A stretch of DNA of 19,295 nt from Cyanobacteria bacterium P01_D01_bin.156 (GTDB lineage: Bacteria > Cyanobacteriota > Cyanobacteriia > Phormidesmidales > Phormidesmidaceae), in contig JBCCQQ010000091.1 in assembly GCA_039024555.1 (NCBI GenBank), forward strand, positions 1 through 19,295. The letters are read 5' to 3'. This document shows positions 8,822 to 16,433 of this stretch, in pieces. The notes beneath the pieces are model-generated. The model saw nothing but the letters and a program-made list of their open reading frames with translations, was not told where the DNA came from and did not search any database. A program made the position numbers and the translations under genes. The number at the start of each line of letters is the position of its first letter. Position 1 is the stretch's first letter.

Positions 8822-10027
8822 TCAGGCTTGGTTCCCCTTAAAAAACGTATCAATAATGCGCTCATACACCTGGTGTAGCTCATAAATATGGGCAACGGGA
8901 ATATGTTCGCCAATCTGGTGCATGGTGTTGTCCAAGGGGCCGTATTCCACTGTCACACAGTGGGGCACTAGAAAACGAGCATCGGTAATGCCCCCCTCTG
9001 TACTCAAACGGGGACGGCGCTGGGCGATCTCTTCCACAGCATCCTGTACCAAGGCCACAAACGGATCGTCAGGATTCGTACGAAAAGCCTCACCACTCAC
9101 CCGAAAGCGCACCTCGTATTCAGTGCCATACTCCTGGGCAATGGGGGCAATGGTTTCCCGAATCAGCTGCTGTAGCCCTTCTCCGGTCTGTTCATCATTA
9201 AATCGAATATTAAACCGCAGCTTTACCTCAGCCGGAATCACGTTTTCCGCACAGTTTGCCGTCTCAAACTGGGTCATTTCCAAATTTGATGGCTCAAACC
9301 ATTCGTTGCCGTCATCCAGGGCCAAATTCTGTAGCGCCGTGACCATGGCCACCGCCGCCGGAACCGGGTTAAGCACATTGCGCTGATAGGCCACATGGCC
9401 CTGCTTCCCTTTAACCGTAATAAACGTGTTGATGCTGCCGCGCCGACCGATATGCACACAGTCTCCCATTTCCAATGGATTGGTGGGTTCTCCCACAACG
9501 CAGGCATCAATCGTTTCGCCGCGCTGCTCTAGCCACTGCATCACCGGCTTAGTGCCATTAATGGCCTCGTGCTCCTCATCCCCGGTAATTACAAAACTCA
9601 AGGAGCCCTGGAAAGTCTCCCTGTTTTTCTCCAGCCATGAAGACACCGCCGCAATAAAACAGCCGATGCCCGCTTTCATGTCCACAGTGCCTCGGCCCCA
9701 TAAAATACCGTCTCGAATTTCTGCCGCATAGGGATCAATATCTCCCCACCGTTCCCGATTGCCCTCTGGCACTACGTCCGTATGGCCCGCAAACGCCAGA
9801 TTTGGGCTCTCTGTTCCCAGCCGGGCATAGAGATTATCCACCTCGTAGCTACCCGGCTGATTGTAAAACTGCATCCGATGACAGGTAAAGCCAAGCTGCT
9901 CCAGATGGCGCTGGACAACATCTAGCCCCCCTTCGCGATCCGGCGTAACGCTCGGACGGCGAATCAGGTCTTGGGTAACGTTAACTGGATCAAAGACAGG
10001 CGAATTGGGAGCAGCTGTAAGGGTCAT
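8822..10027 (-). CDS. dapE: Succinyl-diaminopimelate desuccinylase (M20, proteobacterial DapE type)
   Basis: LIRRPSVTP, NLYARLG, FAGHTDVVP, GRGTVDMK, ITGDEE..AINGT, VGEPT, IGRRGS, GKQGHVAY, FNIRFND, TMHQ. Confidence 0.9.
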   Translation of the reverse strand: MTLTAAPNSPVFDPVNVTQDLIRRPSVTPDREGGLDVVQRHLEQLGFTCHRMQFYNQPGSYEVDNLYARLGTESPNLAFAGHTDVVPEGNRERWGDIDPYAAEIRDGILWGRGTVDMKAGIGCFIAAVSSWLEKNRETFQGSLSFVITGDEEHEAINGTKPVMQWLEQRGETIDACVVGEPTNPLEMGDCVHIGRRGSINTFITVKGKQGHVAYQRNVLNPVPAAVAMVTALQNLALDDGNEWFEPSNLEMTQFETANCAENVIPAEVKLRFNIRFNDEQTGEGLQQLIRETIAPIAQEYGTEYEVRFRVSGEAFRTNPDDPFVALVQDAVEEIAQRRPRLSTEGGITDARFLVPHCVTVEYGPLDNTMHQIGEHIPVAHIYELHQVYERIIDTFFKGNQA

Positions 10028-10210
10028 GTTGTTGCTTAGAACGATGAGTTAGAGAAAAAGATGGGTGAGAGAACTTTAACGTGAGGGGTCGGGTTCTGTG
10101 TACAGAGTTCGTGATACATGCAAACATTTGTGGGGCACAGACTGCGGAAATGAGCAGGTCTTTATAATCTTGTGCCGTGGAGTGTTCCAAGCTTGGAAGA
10201 AGACTCAACG

Positions 10211-11110
10211 CTACCCATTGGCGGCTCCCGTCTGCTCTCTGACAAACTCCCGATAGGCTGCGATCAGCTGCATCGTGACCGGTCCAAACGGTTCGAAGGA
10301 CTGATCGTCAATCTGACTGATGGACTCGATCTCACAGGTTGTCCCGGTCAAAAACACCTCTTGAGTATTGGCCAGCTCGTCCGGCTGAATGTGGCGCTCC
10401 ACTACATCCAACCCTTGTTGTTCGGCCAGCTTAATGATGGTTTGTCGGGTGATACCGTTTAGAAAACAATCCGGTGTGGGGGTATGCACCGCCCCATCCA
10501 TAATCAAAAAGATGTTCGAAGCGGTTGACTCGGCAATTAGTCCTCGGTAATCCAGCATCAGTGCATCGTCAAACCCTTGCTGTATCGCCTCTCCTTTACT
10601 CATAAAGCAAATGGGATAGAGACAGGCGGCTTTACTAACCGTTGGCGCAGTTCTCGGATCGGGCTTCCGCCACGATACCTGGCTAGTTAGCCTCAAAGGT
10701 TTTTTTGTGTCGATATTAAACAACGTGGTAGGAAACGCCCAGGCCGCAATACCCAGACGTGTGGAAGGTTCTGGGGTGTAGATCCGCAGACGCTCGCTGC
10801 CGCGCCAGGCAAAGTGGCGGATATAGCCCACATCAATGGATTCTTTGGCAAGCAGATCCTCAGTAGCGGCAACAATCTCATCTATGGAGTAGGAAATCTC
10901 AAAACCAAGAATTTTGGCCGACCGGTGTAGCCGTTCGAGGTGTTCAGTCAGCAAAAACGGTTTGCCATTGTAGATCCGAACGCCCTCAAAGACGCTGCTG
11001 GCATAGTGGAGGCCGTGGGTCAGGGGATGGATAGCTGCCTCTTTCCAAACAATGGTTTGGCCATCGAGCCAGAAATATCCGTCCTTTTGATCAAAGGGCA
11101 ACAGAGACAT
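10211..11110 (-). CDS. ilvE: PLP fold-type IV aminotransferase, IlvE/branched-chain aminotransferase family (alphaproteobacterial type)
   Basis: PFDQKDGYFWLDG, HGLHYASSVFEG.R.Y, EHLERL, YIR, catalytic K in SKAACLY, DALMLDYRG, TPTPDCFLNGITR, EVFLTGT. The symbol denotes family; substrate is uncertain. Confidence 0.85.
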   Translation of the reverse strand: MSLLPFDQKDGYFWLDGQTIVWKEAAIHPLTHGLHYASSVFEGVRIYNGKPFLLTEHLERLHRSAKILGFEISYSIDEIVAATEDLLAKESIDVGYIRHFAWRGSERLRIYTPEPSTRLGIAAWAFPTTLFNIDTKKPLRLTSQVSWRKPDPRTAPTVSKAACLYPICFMSKGEAIQQGFDDALMLDYRGLIAESTASNIFLIMDGAVHTPTPDCFLNGITRQTIIKLAEQQGLDVVERHIQPDELANTQEVFLTGTTCEIESISQIDDQSFEPFGPVTMQLIAAYREFVREQTGAANG

Positions 11111-11181
11111 GGCAGGTTTCTAATGGGGGAGAGAGAAAAAGATAAATGTGCGAGAATCTTCTCAAAGGCTTGGCGATAACT

Positions 11182-11285
11182 GGTTCCCCTTGTGAAGGGG
11201 AACCGTCAGGGAGGGGGCTAGATAACTAGCGCAAGTAACCGAAAACCCCTCCGCCTGCGGCACCTCCCCTTCAAAAGGGGAGGAA
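11182..11285. repeat. REP-like/short dispersed palindromic element
   Basis: Hairpins GGTTCCCCTT-GTG-AAGGGGAACC and CCTCCCCTT-CAA-AAGGGGAGG, inner GGAGGGG/CCCCTCC arms, GCCTGCGGCACC motif shared with 7428-7526. Confidence 0.75.
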
Positions 11286-11299
11286 TTTTACCCCATCTG

Positions 11300-12157
11300 C
11301 TAATCCCGCAACAGTTCGTTGATGGATGTCTTGGACCGAGTCTTATCATCCACGGTCTTAACAATCACATTGCAGTACAGACTGGGGCTAGGTGTACCGT
11401 CAGCTAAGGGCTTACCCGGTAGTGCCCCCGGTACCACAACAGAATAGGGAGGAATTTCACCATAGGTTACCTCTCCGGTAGCTCGGTTCACAATCTTAGT
11501 GGACTGGCTTAGGTAGACACCAATGGCCAGCACCGCCCCTTCTCTGACAATAACGCCCTCAGAGACTTCGCTTTGGCCACCGACGAACACATTGTCCTCA
11601 ATGATGACGGGGTTTGCCTGTAGGGGTTCGAGTACACCACCAATGACCACACCGGCTGAGATGTGGCAGTTTTTGCCAATCTGGGCACAGGAGCCTACGG
11701 TAACGTAGCTATCGATCATGGTGCCGCTGTCCACATAGGCACCGATGTTCGTAAAACTGGGCATCAACACCACATTGCTCGCAACGTAGGAACCCCGACG
11801 CACAACGCAGTTGGGTACAGCACGAAACCCGGCTGCTGCGAACGTTTCCTGGGTCCAGCCGGAAAACTTGGAGGGCACTTTGTCAAACCAGGAAGCATCG
11901 CCCATTTCACCGTACTTTAACCCGCTGGCAATAACGGTGGAGTCATTGAGGCGAAAGGACATCAGGACAGCCTTTTTAAGCCATTGATTGACGACCCAGT
12001 CCTTACCTGATTTTTCACAGACGCGGTACTGACCGCTGTCTAACCCGTTGACGACGTATTCAATGGCGTCGCGGGTTTCGCCTGATGTGCTGGAATTAAT
12101 CTCACTGCGGTTTTCCCAGGCGGTGTCGATAATTCGGATCAGGTTTTGTGTGTCCAT
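11300..12157 (-). CDS. dapD: Tetrahydrodipicolinate N-succinyltransferase (proteobacterial DapD type)
   Basis: [77 protein letters not shown]. Start taken as ATG 12157. Confidence 0.93.
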   Translation of the reverse strand: MDTQNLIRIIDTAWENRSEINSSTSGETRDAIEYVVNGLDSGQYRVCEKSGKDWVVNQWLKKAVLMSFRLNDSTVIASGLKYGEMGDASWFDKVPSKFSGWTQETFAAAGFRAVPNCVVRRGSYVASNVVLMPSFTNIGAYVDSGTMIDSYVTVGSCAQIGKNCHISAGVVIGGVLEPLQANPVIIEDNVFVGGQSEVSEGVIVREGAVLAIGVYLSQSTKIVNRATGEVTYGEIPPYSVVVPGALPGKPLADGTPSPSLYCNVIVKTVDDKTRSKTSINELLRD

Positions 12158-12204
12158 AAATTCTGTGCCCTTTAATGTGGCGGTTTGCAATGAGTGGGAA
12201 AAAG

Positions 12205-12223
12205 CGTTGCTGAATCAGCAACG
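12205..12223. repeat. Palindrome CGTTGCTGA-A-TCAGCAACG
   Basis: Perfect 9-bp inverted repeat; the same arms recur at 12473-12507. Confidence 0.7.
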
Positions 12224-12472
12224 ACGTCTGGGCCAGTAATGGCCAATCTTAAGATGCTATCGCTAATGGGGACCTGGGAAAATGGGGGAATAGAATGGAT
12301 CTGCAAGCGCATTCCCTGAGTCAGTTCAAAAGCATCAGAAAAACCATTGACCTACCGTGAAGCTCTTAAGTGTGTGTTTCTGCGGATGACATTTTGTGCC
12401 AGTCCTTATCTGTGGCGAATGTCACCTATGTAAAATTCTAGGACGGTGCACCTTTAGTTGACTCTGATATAC

Positions 12473-12507
12473 CGTTGCTGAAAGCGGGACAACCCCGATC
12501 AGCAACG
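12473..12507. repeat. Inverted repeat CGTTGCTGA-N17-TCAGCAACG
   Basis: Same 9-bp arms as 12205-12223, with a 17-nt spacer that contains CGGG/CCCG. Confidence 0.7.
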
Positions 12508-12552
12508 TCTTTATTTTCTAACTATGTAAAAGCGTCAAGGCTTGGCCTGATT

Positions 12553-14559
12553 ATGTCCAATTCCCTTCCCACCACTAGTCGAGGTCAGCGTGCCCTAGCT
12601 GCCATTATCGTGACAGATGCAGTTGGCTTTAGCGCCCGTATGTCGGTTGACGAGGAAAAAACGCTGCAGCTGATTGAACAAGATTTGCAGCTGATGGCGG
12701 AGCAGTGTCAGGCATTGGATGGTCGGGTGCTCAAATCCACTGGGGATGGGCTACTGCTGTATTTTGTGAGTGCTGTTCAGGCCGTGAGCTGCGCGATCGC
12801 AATCCAAGAAGCGTTTACAGCCAGGTCAAAGGATGGCAAAGCTGACCATCTTATCCACCGCATCGGCATCCACATGGGGGACGTATTTTTTAATAATTCC
12901 GACGTGATGGGTAATAGCGTCAATATTGCCGCTCGTCTACAAACCCAGGCAAAACCCGGTGGCATCTGCCTATCCCAGCTAATTTACGACTTAGTGAAAG
13001 GGCGTCTGTCGCTGGATGCCGAATTTGCCGGTCCTCTGCAGCTGAAAAATATCAAGGAACCCATTCCGGCCTACCACCTGAATGCGGGAGGGATCGCCCC
13101 ACCGAACCCCGCCCCGGCTAAATCTGCGGCTCCCCCAGATGTAATAAAAACACCCGTTTTGAAAGAAGGCACCAAGGTGGCCGGTCGCTACACCATCAAA
13201 CGTATCTTGGGCCAGGGGGGGTTTGGCTATTCCTATTTAGTCGAAGACCACCAGCGGTTTGATGAACTGTGTGTGCTCAAAGAATTGCGCCCGGTCCAGA
13301 AACAAAGCCATTTTTTACAAAAGGCTATCGAGCTATTTAAGCGAGAGGCAAAGACATTACACAGCATTAACCATCCTCAGATTCCTAAATTTATGGCCTG
13401 CTTTACCCAGGCCAAGCGATTGTTTATTGTTCAAGAATATGTTGACGGTGTTACCTACCTAAAGCTGTTGCAGCATCGTAAACAGCAGGGCAAACTCTTC
13501 TCCGAGTCGGAAGTTGTTGTATGGCTGGTCCATATGCTGCGGGTGTTGGACTATCTCCACAGACGCAACATTATGCACCGCGACATTTCCCCCGAGAATG
13601 TGATGTACTCTCGCGATCGCAACTTGCCCGTTTTAATTGACTTTGGCCTAGTCAATGACACCATGGCCGATGCCCTCGGTGAGAGTCTGACCGCCGATGA
13701 GGGACTGCAAAAAGCCCATACTGCCGTGGGTAAATTTGGCTATTCCCCACCGGAACAGATGCTGGGTAAATGCAATCGGTCCAGCGATCTCTATGCCCTG
13801 GGGGTAACAGCGCTGGTGTTGTTAACGGGTAAACATCCGCGCCACCTCATGGATGCCCATACGTTAGCCTTTGACTGGCAACAGCATAGTCGTATTGACT
13901 CGCGACTGGGCAAGATTTTGACCAAAATGACCCAGCAGTCACCGCAGGATCGATTTCAGTCGGTAAAAGAGGTGGTTACCCAGCTGAGCCCTCTCCTCTC
14001 TAAGGAGACTCGCGCTAAACTCAGCCAGGTGGCCCTACAGCCGCTCCGCTCCCAAGCACCGATTCAGCAAAGTCTTTCTAAACCCGATCCCTCCTTTATT
14101 TCCCAATGTCGAGATGAGCTTCTCCGTTGCATTGGCCCCATTGCCGACATGGTCATTGAAGAAACCCTAGAGGATTATCCCTCCGCCACCCCGCAGGAAC
14201 TGGCGGAAATGCTAGCGAGCCAAATTTCCGATGAGGATCAGGCAACGGCGTTTCTCAGCCATATTTGCATTCCCAACGAAGACCTGGTTAACAGTGAAAC
14301 CATGCCCGAAATGGGTGAGGTGATAGAGCCGCCGCAGACCTTGAACCCAGACTTTATTAAACAGTGTCACCAGGCCCTGGCCCACTGTATTGGCCCCATC
14401 GCCAGCATGCTAATTGAAGAAACGTTGGTGGATTATCCTAATCTGGGTGCTGCGGCCTTGGTTAATCAGCTAGCCAAGGAAATTCCAGACGGTCAAAAAG
14501 CTCAGGAATTTAGACAGCGGCTGCGGGGTGCAGTGAGTGCGCACTCATTGGAGCGATAA
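12553..14559 (+). CDS. Class III adenylate cyclase - Ser/Thr protein kinase fusion with two C-terminal helical repeats
   Basis: Cyclase: TDAVGFS, LKSTGDG, RIGIHMGD, DVMGNSVNIAARLQ. Kinase: LGQGGFG, VLKE, HRDISPEN, LIDFG, GYSPPEQ, SDLYALG. Two copies of FI.QC...L..CIGPIA.M.IEETL.DYP. ATG 12553 preferred over TTG 12475. Confidence 0.9.
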   Translation: MSNSLPTTSRGQRALAAIIVTDAVGFSARMSVDEEKTLQLIEQDLQLMAEQCQALDGRVLKSTGDGLLLYFVSAVQAVSCAIAIQEAFTARSKDGKADHLIHRIGIHMGDVFFNNSDVMGNSVNIAARLQTQAKPGGICLSQLIYDLVKGRLSLDAEFAGPLQLKNIKEPIPAYHLNAGGIAPPNPAPAKSAAPPDVIKTPVLKEGTKVAGRYTIKRILGQGGFGYSYLVEDHQRFDELCVLKELRPVQKQSHFLQKAIELFKREAKTLHSINHPQIPKFMACFTQAKRLFIVQEYVDGVTYLKLLQHRKQQGKLFSESEVVVWLVHMLRVLDYLHRRNIMHRDISPENVMYSRDRNLPVLIDFGLVNDTMADALGESLTADEGLQKAHTAVGKFGYSPPEQMLGKCNRSSDLYALGVTALVLLTGKHPRHLMDAHTLAFDWQQHSRIDSRLGKILTKMTQQSPQDRFQSVKEVVTQLSPLLSKETRAKLSQVALQPLRSQAPIQQSLSKPDPSFISQCRDELLRCIGPIADMVIEETLEDYPSATPQELAEMLASQISDEDQATAFLSHICIPNEDLVNSETMPEMGEVIEPPQTLNPDFIKQCHQALAHCIGPIASMLIEETLVDYPNLGAAALVNQLAKEIPDGQKAQEFRQRLRGAVSAHSLER

Positions 14560-14565
14560 ACACGC

Positions 14566-15489
14566 TTACGCTCCCGAACTACCTTTACGTCTACCGCGCT
14601 GACGTTCGAGGCGTTTCATCGCCATTTGTAAACTAAGACGCATGCGGTTAAAAGAGTCGGTGAGGTTGCCCACTTCGTCCTCAGAACGTTTGATAAATTC
14701 GGCTTGGGTATCGCCCGTACTAACCGCTTCGGCAGTGGCCGCCATACGGTTGATGGGGCGTACTACATAGCGCTTTAGCCAGAAGTTAACTAGGATGATT
14801 GCGATCGCAAACACTGCCGTAAAGACCATCAATGTAATCAACAATGACTTTCGTGCCTTATTGATCACCGTTTGCGCCGGTACCGAAATGATCTGAGTGC
14901 CAACAATTTCATTTAGCTCCCAGCCAAAGCCATGTTCAGCACCATATTTTTGGATCATGCTCTCAGGGGCACGGTCGGGGGTACTATGGCAGGTCAAACA
15001 AGCTTCTTGCTTAATCTGGATAGGCCGCGCAATGTAGTAAAGTTGGCCACCGGGGGAGGGTCTAAAGCCTTCTAAATCAGGAGGGCTATCCGCCCGTTGA
15101 AACGAATTAATCAACGACACTTCAAAATCATCCGCCTTATCCTTCGGATTGGTGGGATCAATCACCGCTTCCTTGTAAAAAAAGTCTTGATACTCCTCAT
15201 TGGCCTGCAACGTGGCAAACACCTGATGGGCCGAATAGCTAGGCACCGTCTCCGGCAAAAACTCAGCCCCCCCTTCCGGCAGTTCGGGCCGCACTTCATT
15301 CACCGTGTACTGACGCACAGAGTTCATGGTCTCTATGAGCATCAGCGCTTTGCTGGTCAGTTCTACTTGTGAGGTATGGTTGAGCAGGCGTGATAGGGCT
15401 ATCCCACTCATCAAGATGCCGCCTAGAAAAACCGCTAGCAGCATTAGGGTAAACTTTTGGCCGAGTTTTAGTTTTGATAGCTCTATCAT
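14566..15489 (-). CDS. Membrane sensor with c-heme DUF3365 (Tll0287-like) domain and HAMP, no output domain
   Basis: N-terminal TM, ETVPSYSA, FFYKEA...PTNP.DKADDFE, YYIARPI, CLTCH (CxxCH), HGFGW.L.EIVG.QIISVP, second TM, HAMP (RPINRMA...DEVGNLTDSFNRM). ATG 15489 preferred. Confidence 0.88.
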   Translation of the reverse strand: MIELSKLKLGQKFTLMLLAVFLGGILMSGIALSRLLNHTSQVELTSKALMLIETMNSVRQYTVNEVRPELPEGGAEFLPETVPSYSAHQVFATLQANEEYQDFFYKEAVIDPTNPKDKADDFEVSLINSFQRADSPPDLEGFRPSPGGQLYYIARPIQIKQEACLTCHSTPDRAPESMIQKYGAEHGFGWELNEIVGTQIISVPAQTVINKARKSLLITLMVFTAVFAIAIILVNFWLKRYVVRPINRMAATAEAVSTGDTQAEFIKRSEDEVGNLTDSFNRMRLSLQMAMKRLERQRGRRKGSSGA

Positions 15490-15653
15490 TGCACCGGGAA
15501 AACGATTGCAGGTCAGGGGAATCCTCCCTACGGTATCGATTCCCAGCGGTTTAGCACTGTGAGGCCACTCACTCGGCAACATTTCAACACAAATGTGAGC
15601 TGTACTTTTCTCCGAATATTTTGAGAATGTACTCTAAACAACCTATTTGCGAC

Positions 15654-15998
15654 TCAGTCTTCTCCAATAAGAATGTTGAGAGTTGCGACTACGTAATCAA
15701 CAAATTCCTCTGGTAAACGTGTTCCTGTAGATTTCCACCAGCGTTGGCTTAGATCCAGGGTCCGTACCTGTTCAGCAATGACAGAGCCCTGAATCTTATA
15801 ACCACTGGGAATAGGAATCATGGTTTTGATATCAGGTCTGATAGTGCTGGTGATGGGGGAAACAATCACAATTCCTTTTCTTTCCTGATTAAACTGAGTA
15901 CGACTAAGCACCAAACATGGACGAGCATTCCCCGTTTGCTCACGACCAGTTGTTGGATTGAGATTAATGTGCAGAATATCACCCCGTTGGATATCCAT
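15654..15998 (-). CDS. mazF: PemK/MazF family toxin
   Basis: QRGDILHINLNPTTGREQ.G.ARPCLVLS...FN, SPITS, EQVRTLD. Start ATG 15998; an in-frame GTG at 16106 is an alternative. Confidence 0.9.
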   Translation of the reverse strand: MDIQRGDILHINLNPTTGREQTGNARPCLVLSRTQFNQERKGIVIVSPITSTIRPDIKTMIPIPSGYKIQGSVIAEQVRTLDLSQRWWKSTGTRLPEEFVDYVVATLNILIGED

Positions 15999-16046
15999 AA
16001 TTTCTGTTTCTAAGAGATGATTTTTCCTGAAGAAATTGGGTGATGT

Positions 16047-16074
16047 TGTAGGGGCAATCCCTTGTGGATGCCCT
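16047..16074 (+). repeat. GTAG-type REP-like hairpin
   Basis: TGTAG-GGGCAATCC-CTTGT-GGATGCCC-T: GTAG tetranucleotide followed by an imperfect GC-rich palindrome. Confidence 0.65.
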
Positions 16075-16105
16075 TGAATAGCATCGGCAATTGGCCGAAA
16101 TAGCA

Positions 16106-16357
16106 CTAAATCAATTCTTGCCCTATGGGTCCACCATCTACAAAATCAGCAACATCATCAGGGTATGTAAAATCATCAGGAATGCTGGACAGCAGAATAT
16201 CCAAGCTAGGCGGGCTACTCTTTTTCTTAAGTACCAAAGTGTTGTCCACTTCCAGGATTTCTAGGGTGGAGTTTTCATCCAGGCCAAGGCTGGTGACAAG
16301 CTGATGAGGAATACGCAATCCTAGGCTGTTCCCCCATCGTTTAAGTTGAATATCCAT
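16106..16357 (-). CDS. mazE: AbrB/MazE family antitoxin
   Basis: QLKRWGNSLGLRIP, SLDILLSSI, G.PIGQEL; upstream of the MazF toxin. Confidence 0.92.
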   Translation of the reverse strand: MDIQLKRWGNSLGLRIPHQLVTSLGLDENSTLEILEVDNTLVLKKKSSPPSLDILLSSIPDDFTYPDDVADFVDGGPIGQELI

Positions 16358-16375
16358 AATCAGAACTGGCTCAGG

Positions 16376-16392
16376 ATTATACTCTGTATAAT
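16376..16392. promoter_or_regulatory. Palindromic operator with a TATAAT -10 box on each strand
   Basis: ATTATAC-TCT-GTATAAT; minus-strand TATAAT at 16376-16381 faces mazE, plus-strand TATAAT at 16387-16392 faces the exonuclease. Confidence 0.65.
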
Positions 16393-16433
16393 AACTGGAA
16401 AAATAGAGGATTGCGGCTAGTTGTGGCGTTACA

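Noticed and set aside
10185..10198. Palindrome TTCCAAGCTTGGAA between the aminotransferase and dapE
   Set aside because: Single occurrence with no U-tract or other support.
8822..12157. Absence of HIP1 sites in the dap cassette as evidence of foreign origin
   Set aside because: Only seven sites were seen in 19.3 kb, so a 3.3-kb gap is not informative.
12158..12470. Lysine riboswitch upstream of dapD
   Set aside because: I could not identify the conserved L-box motifs or a terminator/antiterminator; an Rfam scan would settle it.
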